Shown here in pieces: positions 7,718-17,783 of a stretch of DNA of 64,000 nucleotides (positions within the stretch are counted from its first letter, which is position 1; each line of letters opens with the position of its first letter). The stretch is taken from the NCBI GenBank assembly GCA_029838195.1, contig JALGVJ010000005.1, positions 64,001-128,000 on the forward strand, read 5' to 3'. Below the pieces are notes generated by a model that saw only the letters and a program-made list of their open reading frames with translations, did not search any database and was not told the origin of the DNA. Both the position numbers and the translations under genes were made by a program. The DNA is from Promethearchaeota archaeon. Its GTDB lineage: Archaea; Asgardarchaeota; Lokiarchaeia; Sigyniarchaeales; SOKP01.

Positions 7718-8511
7718 AGGGCATAAACCTCCTGATAGAATGCTTTCAAGTCAAGGAAAAAAAGAAAAGAGATCACGAGGAGAAGGAATCCTAATAACGT
7801 TAATGCGTCCCAAATTTTCAATTTTTTTTTAGAAAAGGTGATTTCACCGGAAAAGCCCCGCATTTTAAGGCTTTCATAAAGACGCTCGCTACGGTCCATG
7901 TTGATGATAATGCTTTTTGCCATAATATAAGCGTGGGTTTTCAATTTTGACCAATACGATGTAATTTTTTTCCCCCGTAATTCTTGAGCCTCGAGAATTT
8001 TTTTATTAGAATCAGCCAATATGGGGAGATAATGAAGCATGATCACGAGGCTTCCAATGAAGAAAGAAGGAATGACTTTAGCCTTGGTGAGAGCTTCGAT
8101 AAATTCCGAATAGGTGAGAGAAGACATAAACGCCATGAAAATGAAAATCGCCCCAAAAATCCTCAAGAAGAGAAGGAGTGCTAAGATGATTCCTTCTTGA
8201 TAAATGATAAGGGTGATGCCGAAGAAAAGGCGATACGCAACTGTATTCCCTATATAGAGGGGAAGAAAAATGGTGATGAGCAGGATGAAAGGGAGAACTT
8301 TTAAGATCCGCTTTAAGATTCTACTTAATTTTAATTTAGCGATTATGGAAATTAGAAAAGTAGAGAGAATTAGGGTGAAAATGAGAAAAATGTCATTTAC
8401 AAGTAAAAAAGGCACTACAAAAATAAACGGTAAAAGGAACCGGATTAGAGGATGAATTGTAGACAAAATTGTGGATTCGTGCTCATGTCTGAAGGGTAAT
8501 ACCGAGTCCAT
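7705..8511 (-). CDS. cbiQ: ECF transporter T component (CbiQ/NikQ)
   Basis: IHPLIR N-terminal motif, TM helices, 'AQELRG' and 'SLKMRGF' coupling-helix Arg motifs. Confidence 0.9.
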   Translation of the reverse strand: MDSVLPFRHEHESTILSTIHPLIRFLLPFIFVVPFLLVNDIFLIFTLILSTFLISIIAKLKLSRILKRILKVLPFILLITIFLPLYIGNTVAYRLFFGITLIIYQEGIILALLLFLRIFGAIFIFMAFMSSLTYSEFIEALTKAKVIPSFFIGSLVIMLHYLPILADSNKKILEAQELRGKKITSYWSKLKTHAYIMAKSIIINMDRSERLYESLKMRGFSGEITFSKKKLKIWDALTLLGFLLLVISFLFFLDLKAFYQEVYALFLQ

Positions 8512-8936
8512 TTTCTTTCTATTTTTTTGTTTTTTTATGCAGACCTTAATTTCAAGATGAAAAAATTTAGAATGCTTAAAAAGAATTTATTTATAAAAAA
8601 TTTGCGAGATTTCGGATCATACTTGATAAATTATATTTTTAAAACTTGAACCAGCTTTAATTTCAATAAGGCAGAATTATAATCTCATATAACGATTCAA
8701 AATGGCTTTCTTTAAAAATTGATTTCGGATTACCATATTTCTTTAGATTTAGGTTTTTTTTTAGCTAATTAAGGAAATTTAATTCATTATTTAACCTTTT
8801 TTAATTATTTTATTGCTCTTCATACTTGGTTATAATATAGTAATACTTTTAAATAATTTATAATTTATAATTTATAATACTAACTTTCAAAATAGTAATA
8901 TCTTAAAAATAAAATATAAAAATAAATGATAAAAAA

Positions 8937-9608
8937 ATGCACATACCAGATGGACTTTTAGATCCCTTCACAATTGTTATTTTGTGGGCCACGAGCATTA
9001 TAATGATGGTTTTTGGATTTAAAAAAATCAAGAAAATTTTTGAAAGCGAAGATTCAGAGAAAATGATACCTTACATTGGCGTATTAGCTGCGGTAATTTT
9101 CGCCTTTCAATTTGTAAATTATCCCGTACCAGGAGGAACTTCCGGGCATCTCGTCGGAGGCACATTAGTTGCCGTTATACTGGGGCCATGGGCAGCAATT
9201 CTCGTTCTGTTCTTAGTATTGGTCGTTCAAAGCTTATTTGGTGATGGGGGCATTACGGCTTTAGGAGCGAATACTTTTAACATGGGGATCATTGGGGGCA
9301 TGGTAGGTTTTTATATCGTCAAATTAGTAATGCATGGATTAAATAAGACCAATTGGAGCAAAGAATTAAGAATGGCAATTGGAACAGCCATAGGGTCTTA
9401 CATTGGAATAGTATTAGCCGCCTTGAGTTGTGGAATCGAAATTGGAATAGGAGGGATCATTCCGATGAATATTGCTATAATGGCCATGGTTTATTGGCAT
9501 TTATTAATTGGCATTGGCGAAGCGGTAATTTCTGCATTGATTATATTTTATATTTATAAAGCGAAGCCGTCTTTGATCATGACAGAGCGGCAATTGGGGG
9601 TAATTTAA
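8937..9608 (+). CDS. cbiM: Co/Ni ECF substrate component (CbiM/NikM)
   Basis: N-terminal MHIPDGLL metal-binding motif, GGTSGHLVGG, FGDGGITALGAN. Confidence 0.95.
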   Translation: MHIPDGLLDPFTIVILWATSIIMMVFGFKKIKKIFESEDSEKMIPYIGVLAAVIFAFQFVNYPVPGGTSGHLVGGTLVAVILGPWAAILVLFLVLVVQSLFGDGGITALGANTFNMGIIGGMVGFYIVKLVMHGLNKTNWSKELRMAIGTAIGSYIGIVLAALSCGIEIGIGGIIPMNIAIMAMVYWHLLIGIGEAVISALIIFYIYKAKPSLIMTERQLGVI

Positions 9609-9610
9609 GG

Positions 9611-9931
9611 ATGCAACCGTTAATTCGATATAAAGGGGTTATTTTAACCATAGCTATAACCCTCATGGTGCTTCTATTGATGATTGCAATCGGTTTTTCT
9701 ATTGGGATTTTATCTGACAATCCCGATGGCTTGGAAAGAGTATTGATTGATGCTAAAGGGGAACATTGGTTAGAAAATTTACCCTCACCTTGGGAGCCCA
9801 TCTTAGGAGGAATCGAAAATGAGTACATTGCAGGCGTCTTGGGAGTGATTTTAACCTTGGTAATCATCATAGGGATATTCTATCTTATTATCATCTTGAA
9901 AAAGAAGAAAGAAGAGAACGATAATGAATAA
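9611..9931 (+). CDS. PDGLE-domain membrane protein (NikN/CbiN-like)
   Basis: SDNPDGLERV between two TM helices; directly after cbiM. Confidence 0.85.
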   Translation: MQPLIRYKGVILTIAITLMVLLLMIAIGFSIGILSDNPDGLERVLIDAKGEHWLENLPSPWEPILGGIENEYIAGVLGVILTLVIIIGIFYLIIILKKKKEENDNE

Positions 9932-10100
9932 GATCTTAAAGAATTCTCGATTATACAGACGCTCGACCATTTTTTAAAGGTGGTACTTCATAATTACCTC
10001 TTAAGAACTGATAATAATTCTTATTTTCCAATTTTTTTTAATAAATTAATGTTTAATCGCGTCTAAATGAAATAAAATGAGAGAAAAATAAAAACAAAAC

Positions 10101-10676
10101 TTACTCTTTTTCTAGCGTTCTCCCGTTCTTGTAGCTTATATCAAGGAATTGTTTTTTAGCTTGAGAAGGTAATAACGCATTTTTTATGGATTCTATTAAA
10201 TCTTCTTGAAAATCGTTAAAATTCTCGCCCGTTAGAGCGGAAATTTCGAAGTATCGCATGTTATTTTGTTGCGCTATTTTTAGAGCATCTTCTCTTGAAA
10301 CCACCCGAGGATTACTATCAATTTTATTTGCTATAAGGTAGGTTTGTATAAGATTTTCGTTTTTGATAAGAGGGAGCCAAGATGAAATATTTAAAAAAGA
10401 AGGAAACCGAACCACGGAAAAAGTTAGAATGAGGACGTGCGCACTTTCAAAAAATTTTTCTTGAAAATCTCTAAATTGAGTTTGTCCTCCTAGGTCCCAT
10501 ATCTGGGCATGAATTAGATTTTCCTCCGAGATCTTAAGATGGTGGAAATCGATTCCAACCGTCATTTCTCTATTCTTGCTTAAATCCAATGTCCCTGTTA
10601 ATTTTTGAGCTATAGTTGTCTTTCCGACACCGCCATCTCCGCAGAGAACAATCTTTAACCAAGTTTTTGTTGACAT
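10101..10676 (-). CDS. Rab/Ras-like small GTPase
   Basis: G1 GDGGVGKT, G2 TVGIDF, G3 WDLGGQ, G4 NKID, G5 EISAL; no C-terminal prenylation Cys. Confidence 0.9.
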   Translation of the reverse strand: MSTKTWLKIVLCGDGGVGKTTIAQKLTGTLDLSKNREMTVGIDFHHLKISEENLIHAQIWDLGGQTQFRDFQEKFFESAHVLILTFSVVRFPSFLNISSWLPLIKNENLIQTYLIANKIDSNPRVVSREDALKIAQQNNMRYFEISALTGENFNDFQEDLIESIKNALLPSQAKKQFLDISYKNGRTLEKE

Positions 10677-11026
10677 TTTAAGAACTTAATCAATTATGAG
10701 AGATGTATTTTAAAATAAAAGGATAAAATCCTTAATCATTTAAAATATCCCTTAATCTATTTAATTTATTAATAGCGTATGGCGAAATGAATAAAATTCA
10801 TTTATTAATTTTAATTGAAAAGAAGACCTATATAAAGTTTTCTTATTTTAAGAAGGTCATAAAATTAGCGCATATTAAAGGCTCCAATAATGCGCAAAGA
10901 TAAAAAGAATTATCTGTCAATAAGAGATTTCAATCGGATATAAAATTAATAAAAAAAATTAATCTTAATAGGAGTGTTAATTTAAGCTAGAATGATTTCA
11001 TTTCTTAAAGAAAATCAATACCTACC

Positions 11027-11536
11027 ATGTCAGAAGAAAAATTAAAAATAGAGCGCATTAAGAAGGGAACAGTAATAGATCACGTGGAAAGCGGTTATGC
11101 TCTAACGATATTGAATTTAACGGGCTTAGATGAATCGCCGAATTTAATGACAATTGGAGTAAATGTAAATTCAAAAAAATTTGGAAAAAAAGACATAATT
11201 AAAATCGAGAACGTGTTTTTAACTGAAGTACAAATGCAACAAATATCCATCTTATCCCCTAATGCAACCATTTCTTTAATCGAAGATTATAAAGTGATAG
11301 AAAAAAAAAGAGTGAAACTTCCAAAAATAATCAAGAAACTCATCGTGTGTACCAATAGAACGTGCATAACAAATTCACGGGAAGAGCCAATAGATTATGA
11401 ATTTAACGTGTTGCAAGAAAAACCATTGAGGATTCAATGTGTTTATTGCGATAGAATATACCGATTGGATGAGATCATTTTTGCCACCAAGAGGAAAAAA
11501 GAGAATAAATTTCTAAAGCAAATAATTGAATTATAA
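11027..11536 (+). CDS. pyrI: Aspartate carbamoyltransferase regulatory chain
   Basis: IKKGTVIDH, GKKDIIKIEN, Zn ligands CTNRTCIT and CVYC. Confidence 0.95.
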   Translation: MSEEKLKIERIKKGTVIDHVESGYALTILNLTGLDESPNLMTIGVNVNSKKFGKKDIIKIENVFLTEVQMQQISILSPNATISLIEDYKVIEKKRVKLPKIIKKLIVCTNRTCITNSREEPIDYEFNVLQEKPLRIQCVYCDRIYRLDEIIFATKRKKENKFLKQIIEL

Positions 11537-11657
11537 TTAGAATCGATATATTGTCCCCTCATTTGACTTTTTTATTCCTTAATTTTCCGTTTCATTTTTC
11601 AAATTACCTTGAAAAAGGAAAATGGATAACAATAATCAAATTAAAATATAGATGCTT

Positions 11658-12089
11658 TTAGTAAAACATTAATAACGTATGAATCAGAGTTCCCACAATC
11701 ATGAATAAAAAAAAGTAAATTCCTACTCCGGGTAAAATAATATTTTTCCAATTCCACGTTTCTTTATCATATTTATATCTAAAAAAGACGAAACTCACGA
11801 AGAAAGGAAATAAAAACCAAAATGCAAGCATCCAGATAAAAAGGGACCATCCCACAAATCCGAGGATGTATCGCCCGACAAATGCACTCAATATGCCAGT
11901 TGCGGCCCTAATCCAATACATGCGCGTTTCTTTTCTTAAACGGATTTCGAGCTCATCTTCTTTTTCTTTAATTTCTTTTTTTTCTTCAATTTTTTTAACT
12001 TCTTTTGGAGGCAATTGTTTTTGTTTTTCCTTGATTAGTTGTTTTCTTCGTTTTCTGAGGTCAACTTTTTTCTTTCTCCTTTTAAACAT
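11658..12089 (-). CDS. EMC6/Rab5IF-like three-TM membrane protein
   Basis: Charged N-tail, 'YWIRAATGILSAFVG..ILGFVGW', C-terminal 'GVGIYFFLFMIVGTLIHTLLMFY' resembling the EMC6 pattern. Confidence 0.55.
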   Translation of the reverse strand: MFKRRKKKVDLRKRRKQLIKEKQKQLPPKEVKKIEEKKEIKEKEDELEIRLRKETRMYWIRAATGILSAFVGRYILGFVGWSLFIWMLAFWFLFPFFVSFVFFRYKYDKETWNWKNIILPGVGIYFFLFMIVGTLIHTLLMFY

Positions 12090-12218
12090 ATTTATATATT
12101 ATTATTAAAATAAAATAATCTTTCTATTTTTATTCAAAAAGAAGACGTGTTCAAGATTCTCTAAGTTTTAAAGATTAAAATCATTATAATTTCACGTAAA
12201 ATTGGCTGGGATGATGGG

Positions 12219-14264
12219 ATGATCTCGTTTTCAAATATTGACGTTCTTGCGATTTGTAAAGAATTGGATGAAGTGCTTCAAGAGGGTACGATTTCAAACA
12301 TTTATGAAGTGGATGGTCTATTAATATTAAAGATACAGACAAAGGAGAGGGAAAAGAAGAATTTAATCATTGAAAGAGACATGAGGATAAATTTAACGGA
12401 CTATGATTATCCTCTCCCAAGATATCCTTCTCAATTCATTTTATCTTTAAGGAGATTTTTGAGAAGGAGGCGCATTTTGCGGGTGTATCAGCACGATTTT
12501 GATAGGATTATAATTTTTGAACTTTTTAATGCGGATTCAGCCCCTTGGAAATTTGTTATTGAACTATTCAATAAGGGTAATTATCTTTTAATTGATGAGG
12601 GAAATAGAATCATTATTGCTAAGAAATATTTAAAATTTAAGGAAAGGGATTTATTACCAAAAAAAGAGTATAAATTTCCTTCACCTAGAGGCAAGAATTT
12701 CTTAGAAATTCAAAAAACAGAATTTAAGCAGCTTTTAATGGATTCAAATGACGAGTTAGTGAGAACAATGGCCCGTAGCATCAATATTTCGGGGATACAT
12801 GCGGAGGAAATTTGTTTTAGAGCAGGCATAGATAAATCAATCAAAAGTAATGAATTATCAGAAGAACAAATTGCCAATTTATATAAATCCCTTAAGAAAT
12901 TACGAAATGAAATTTTATTCGGGCCGATTCAGGGTCAAGTAATCTTAAATGAGGATGAAAATTACGGGAGATTTTCACCAATTAAGTTGGAAATTTTTAG
13001 GACGAGAAAAAAAATAGATTTTGAAAGTTTTAATAAAGCTGTTGATGAATTTTATTCTAAAATTGATTCCTTACGGTTAAAGCCACCCATAGGAGGGGAG
13101 CTGAAGGGAAAAATTGAAGCTCAAGAAAAGATTTTGGCACGGCAATTAGAATATATTGAAGAATTGAAGGAAAAGGAAAAAAAATATTACGAGATTGGAG
13201 ATCACTTGTATAATAACTTCAATTCCCTTCAACGCCTATTAGATGTGATAAAAGATGCTCTAAAGAAAGGATATAGCTTTAATGACATTGATATGAAATT
13301 AAAAAAGGCACGAGAAGAGGGGATTGAAGGTACAGACTTTTATAAGAAAATTCTTCCCGCCTTTAAAAAAGTAATCGTGGAAATTGAGGATAAGGAAATA
13401 GAATTAGACCTCTATAAAAGCATCGGGGAAAATGCTAATTTTTATTATGACAAGGGAAAAAAAGCTAAAAAAAAGATACAAGGAACGATCACAGCTCTTT
13501 CAGAAACGAAAAAAAAATTAAAGCAATTACAAGAAGAGAAAGAAAAGAAGGAAGAATCTTACGCTTATTTGATTAAAAAACCGAAAAAGAAATGGTATGA
13601 AAAATTTAGATGGTTTATCTCTTCTGATGATTTTTTAGTGATTGGAGGAAGAGATGCGAGTTCTAATGAGGTAATCTTTAATAGATATTTAGAACCCCAC
13701 GAACTCGTGTTTCATACCGATTTTCCCGGCTCTCCCCTGGCAATAATTAAAAATCCTGAGAAAAAAGCCATTCCCGAAAAAACAATTCAAGAAACTGCTG
13801 AATTTGTAGCGAGTTATTCAAAAGCATGGAAAGAAATATGGGGATATGCTGATGTGTTTTATGTCAATGCTGATCAAGTATCTAAAAGTCCTCCTGCAGG
13901 AGAATATCTCCCCAAAGGATCTTTCATGATTTTGGGCAAAAAAAAATTTTTGAAAAACATTTCAACTAAATTAGCAATTGCCGTTTGGTTGATAGAACTG
14001 GAAATTAATTCGTTTGAAGAAAAAGTTTTTTATCCTAAAGTAGTTTCAGGTCCGATAAGTGCGATCACAAGTCGATATGATAATCACGTATTGTTAAAAC
14101 CATCCAGATCCGGACTTTCTAAAGGCAAGTTAGCAGATAAAATAAAAAACTTGCTATTGCATCAATCGGACAGTTCTATGAAAAAATGGGTAAAGTTATT
14201 GTCGATTGATGAAATCATATTATATCTACCACCAGGATTTTCAGAAATTGAACAAAAAGATTAA
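12219..14264 (+). CDS. rqcH: Ribosome quality control factor Rqc2/NEMF/RqcH
   Basis: NFACT-N (FDRII, IELFNKGN), coiled coil with ENANFYY, NFACT-R (KWYEKFRWFISSD, GGRDA, GEYLPKGSFMI). Confidence 0.93.
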   Translation: MISFSNIDVLAICKELDEVLQEGTISNIYEVDGLLILKIQTKEREKKNLIIERDMRINLTDYDYPLPRYPSQFILSLRRFLRRRRILRVYQHDFDRIIIFELFNADSAPWKFVIELFNKGNYLLIDEGNRIIIAKKYLKFKERDLLPKKEYKFPSPRGKNFLEIQKTEFKQLLMDSNDELVRTMARSINISGIHAEEICFRAGIDKSIKSNELSEEQIANLYKSLKKLRNEILFGPIQGQVILNEDENYGRFSPIKLEIFRTRKKIDFESFNKAVDEFYSKIDSLRLKPPIGGELKGKIEAQEKILARQLEYIEELKEKEKKYYEIGDHLYNNFNSLQRLLDVIKDALKKGYSFNDIDMKLKKAREEGIEGTDFYKKILPAFKKVIVEIEDKEIELDLYKSIGENANFYYDKGKKAKKKIQGTITALSETKKKLKQLQEEKEKKEESYAYLIKKPKKKWYEKFRWFISSDDFLVIGGRDASSNEVIFNRYLEPHELVFHTDFPGSPLAIIKNPEKKAIPEKTIQETAEFVASYSKAWKEIWGYADVFYVNADQVSKSPPAGEYLPKGSFMILGKKKFLKNISTKLAIAVWLIELEINSFEEKVFYPKVVSGPISAITSRYDNHVLLKPSRSGLSKGKLADKIKNLLLHQSDSSMKKWVKLLSIDEIILYLPPGFSEIEQKD

Positions 14265-15025
14265 ATCTTTTTCTCTTTTAACCATTTTTTAATTATCGTA
14301 ATATTTTTATAATTATCAAAAAGGATTCCGTCGATCTTCATTTCAATCAATTCTATGATTTTTTTTAAAGGATGTTGCGTGTTTAAAAAATCCCAAGAGA
14401 GGGCTAAAATCTCATTTTCATGGCAAAGATTAATGAATCTCTTAGTAATTAAATCCGATTTTAAATTTATTAAAGTTGGTCTAAAAGGCAATTTTTTTTT
14501 CTCACCTTTTTTTAGGAATTCTTGTAATGACAAATCTTTTCCATGTGTTATATTATAACAAGTTTTAATCTGATGATCATGATGGTGAATCATTTTTAAA
14601 ACGCTAAGTTTTCTTTCACTAATAACACAATTTTTTGTAAGATCTTTGGTCTTAATCATCTTTATTACGTCTTTCATGAGTTCAGCTTGTTTAAGATGAA
14701 TCATGAAATTTATTTTATTTTTGAATATTTCGAAAATTTCAGAGAGGAGAGGTATTTTTGAGCCAGTGATTTTTGTCTTGAAAGTTTTAATCTCTTCTAA
14801 ATTGAAGTCTTTAATAGCTCCTGACAAATTTGTTATTCGATTTAACTTCTCATCGTGAAAAATAATAATCTTTTTATCCTTAGTAGCTCGTACATCAAAT
14901 TCAATATAGTTTGCTCCTGAGTCTATAGCTATTTGAAAAGCTTCGATTGTATTTTCATCAAAACCGACTCTTGTTCCTCGATGTCCAATGAAAAAAAATT
15001 GATTATTATTATTTAGTAAAGTCAT
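14261..15025 (-). CDS. Glycerophosphodiester phosphodiesterase family protein
   Basis: IGHRG, ENTIEAF, IEFDVRATKD, FHD. Confidence 0.9.
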   Translation of the reverse strand: MTLLNNNNQFFFIGHRGTRVGFDENTIEAFQIAIDSGANYIEFDVRATKDKKIIIFHDEKLNRITNLSGAIKDFNLEEIKTFKTKITGSKIPLLSEIFEIFKNKINFMIHLKQAELMKDVIKMIKTKDLTKNCVISERKLSVLKMIHHHDHQIKTCYNITHGKDLSLQEFLKKGEKKKLPFRPTLINLKSDLITKRFINLCHENEILALSWDFLNTQHPLKKIIELIEMKIDGILFDNYKNITIIKKWLKEKKI

Positions 15026-15047
15026 TTGGAATAGAGAGCAGAGAGGA

Positions 15048-15473
15048 TTAACTTTCTTGAGTTAAATACAAATAAAGAAGGATTAAAACCACACCTATTA
15101 ATGTGGAGACAAAAACCCATAAACTTCTAAAAGTTTGAGCTAAAGCGAGTCCAGAAAGAAATAATAATTCCTTCCAATTAACGGGTTTTCCTGTTATATC
15201 TTTGAAATTTCCGAGGGTTACAAAAGAGAAGAAAAAGCAAGATAAAATCGTAGCAACTTTTAATGCGATGTCGATCACATCCCAAATTATTCCTTTCTCC
15301 ATGAAAATTGTAATTATACCTCCATTTAGAAACAAAGAAATCACTAAAAAAATACCCGTCAAGATCGCGGAAATCACCAGAGATTTAAATGCAAGAGGGT
15401 CATCAAGTATTTCCGATTTCTTATTCTCAGATTGGATTTTTTTAATTTTTTTGCCTTTTTGCATGCCAGCCAC
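15048..15473 (-). CDS. Hypothetical membrane protein (about 4 TM)
   Basis: Hydrophobic helices. Confidence 0.65.
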   Translation of the reverse strand: MAGMQKGKKIKKIQSENKKSEILDDPLAFKSLVISAILTGIFLVISLFLNGGIITIFMEKGIIWDVIDIALKVATILSCFFFSFVTLGNFKDITGKPVNWKELLFLSGLALAQTFRSLWVFVSTLIGVVLILLYLYLTQES

Positions 15474-16272
15474 GAATAGTTTTTAATTTTTTCTTTAAAA
15501 TAATGATTTTATATATATAAAATCCATAGAGAGCACCAAGAGCACTGAAAGTCAATATGCTGAGAATGAGAAATAACCGGTCATAATCAAAACCACTAGG
15601 CGTTGAGGGAGGGTATTCTATATAGATGTTCACGATAGCTTCTTTTAAAATACTGGTAGGATAAGAGAGACCAATGCCAAAAATTATTTTGAAAGCATAT
15701 TCTTCTCCATAATCCAGAAAAACATCTTTTTCTTCTCCCGAAGTATTAACGGGGATTTGAAATTCATAAATCATGGTTTTTTCATCCAATTGGGCCGCAG
15801 CACTTCCATTTATTTTCGTATCTCTCTTGTAAACATTATTTTCTATATGAAGATCGAGAAATTCCGAATTATTTTGGACGACATTCTTAAATTGAAGGAT
15901 TTTAGCATCATAAAAATTTTGCGCTTTAGATCTTGAGATTAATATGCCCATGAACTCATAATTTTCATGGTTTTCTAGGTCTAATTGAAAGCAGAAAAAA
16001 AGTCCGGAATTATTTTGCATAACCCAAAAATCTATAGGAAGACCTTTATCACTAGGAGAACTAGAGGAATTTAAAGTAAGGGTGATTTTTAAGGCTCCAT
16101 TCCATTCATTAATGGAACGATTAATATAACCATCAATTTGAGGTAAATCTCCATAATCCGGCTCAATCGTTTCTACTTGAGCTTGAACATTAGGAATGAA
16201 AAAACATGAAAAGCTTAAAATAAATAAAATATAAAACAAACAGAAATAACGGAAAATTGGAGATTTTACCAT
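15442..16272 (-). CDS. Secreted, C-terminally anchored beta-sandwich (DOMON/CBM9-like) protein
   Basis: Signal peptide, 'PQIDG...EW', 'YEFQIP', C-terminal TM helix. Confidence 0.6.
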   Translation of the reverse strand: MVKSPIFRYFCLFYILFILSFSCFFIPNVQAQVETIEPDYGDLPQIDGYINRSINEWNGALKITLTLNSSSSPSDKGLPIDFWVMQNNSGLFFCFQLDLENHENYEFMGILISRSKAQNFYDAKILQFKNVVQNNSEFLDLHIENNVYKRDTKINGSAAAQLDEKTMIYEFQIPVNTSGEEKDVFLDYGEEYAFKIIFGIGLSYPTSILKEAIVNIYIEYPPSTPSGFDYDRLFLILSILTFSALGALYGFYIYKIIILKKKLKTIRGWHAKRQKN

Positions 16273-16468
16273 GGTAAAAATGATAATGCTTAAATGTTCC
16301 TTTATTAATGCATAAGATAATTCAGTTTGAATTTAATATTTTTTCATCCACATGGAAAATTTTGAGCGAAATTAAATCTTTAAAAATATAAAAAACCATT
16401 ATTTTAATTCCGTATCCAAAATGTTTTCATTAAATCACGGAATTTTTTTAATCTCCCAATATTCTTGT

Positions 16469-16957
16469 TTAGACTTTGTGCAAGGACTTGAGAAAATTAG
16501 GAAGGAGAATTATGCATTCGAATTTATTAATATAAGAAATGATATAGTTTAAAAGTCTCTTGATGGAACGTTTAGCCTCAGAATTATTGAGAGTATATTC
16601 AAAAAACAGTTTAGGTCCAATAGCTACCAAAATCCCCGAAAGATTTTTCTCTCTTTTAATTAAAAGCCAAAATGATTTCATTTTCTCTAGATCTTTAATT
16701 AATAACAGGATCCAAGCGTTATTTGTCCAATCTTTATCTTCAGGGTTTATGATTTTTTCGATACCTTTATGAGAATTATATTTTTGCGAGATTTTTATAG
16801 CTTTAATGAGGGCATTAAAGTACGTTCTTCTTATTCGTAAATATCCATTAAAAATTCCGCGAGCATCCATTAACTGTAATTCTTTTTTTAATGTTTGCGA
16901 AGTATTTGGTATTTTTATCAAAACTTTCCAAGGCTTCATGGTTCCAAAATTATTCAA
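16469..16957 (-). CDS. Hypothetical protein
   Basis: ORF overlapping the upstream gene in the rnp3-rnp2 run. Confidence 0.55.
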   Translation of the reverse strand: MNNFGTMKPWKVLIKIPNTSQTLKKELQLMDARGIFNGYLRIRRTYFNALIKAIKISQKYNSHKGIEKIINPEDKDWTNNAWILLLIKDLEKMKSFWLLIKREKNLSGILVAIGPKLFFEYTLNNSEAKRSIKRLLNYIISYINKFECIILLPNFLKSLHKV

Positions 16958-17388
16958 ATTAATGATATTTCTTCAATAATTAATTCTTGAAAAAAGGGTT
17001 TTATTTTTTCAAGGGATTGTTGTAGGATTTCCTCATCTTTGCTTGAAATTTCAATATTCAAATAACATTCATAAAGAAGTTGATTTTGAGCATCATAACA
17101 TAATCCAGATGAATGAAGGATTTCATAATTTTGAAGAATATCCAGTAAGACACGAATAGTTTCTTTTGGAATATCTTTTCCTCGCATGCTTATTTTTATA
17201 ATTTTCTCTTTATCAAGAGGATAAATCGTTATTTTTACAATTTCAGCCGTAATGGATTTGATGATAAGTAAATAAGGGGATTCTTCTAACTTTTTAAATT
17301 TGGAGAGAGAAATGAGTAAAGAATTTTTACTAAGCATGTTTGTCTTTTGAATGAAAGCTTCTGTCAGTAAACATTTTTTCATTTTCAT
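16954..17388 (-). CDS. Hypothetical protein, possible C-terminal ACT-like fold
   Basis: 'ILHSSGLC...YECYL' with alternating beta/alpha pattern. Confidence 0.55.
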   Translation of the reverse strand: MKMKKCLLTEAFIQKTNMLSKNSLLISLSKFKKLEESPYLLIIKSITAEIVKITIYPLDKEKIIKISMRGKDIPKETIRVLLDILQNYEILHSSGLCYDAQNQLLYECYLNIEISSKDEEILQQSLEKIKPFFQELIIEEISLI

Positions 17389-17400
17389 TATTAAAATCTT

Positions 17401-17772
17401 TTAATCTGATAAATTTTTTGAAATATCAAATTTTTTAATCATTTTCCGATATTTAACTTTTTTTTTAAGTCTTCGAATCGTACCAGACGTTTTCATGGGT
17501 GCTATGATCACTTTATTTTTATTGATTTCTCTAATTAAGGATAAGACAGAAATAACCTCATCTTTAGTATCTTGAGTACATCTTAGAATACCATGTCCTT
17601 CCATTGGATTATATTCAATTAACCAGAGTCCGATTTTATTAGCAATTTTCATACCAAAATATTTCCAAATAGATGGCCACAGCACGTTTAATAACAATTG
17701 TTTATTAATCACGGAATTATTATCCACGAGCAATTCAAAATAAATATATCGCTGTCGCTCCTCTTTAACCAT
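17401..17772 (-). CDS. rnp2: RNase P protein Pop5 (Rpp14/Pop5)
   Basis: ERQRYIYF, GILRC, KTSGTIRRL. Confidence 0.9.
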   Translation of the reverse strand: MVKEERQRYIYFELLVDNNSVINKQLLLNVLWPSIWKYFGMKIANKIGLWLIEYNPMEGHGILRCTQDTKDEVISVLSLIREINKNKVIIAPMKTSGTIRRLKKKVKYRKMIKKFDISKNLSD

Positions 17773-17783
17773 TTAAAAACGCC

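Noticed and set aside
8512-8936. Cobalamin riboswitch upstream of cbiM
   Set aside because: Very AT-rich, with no B12-box or conserved GGGAA elements
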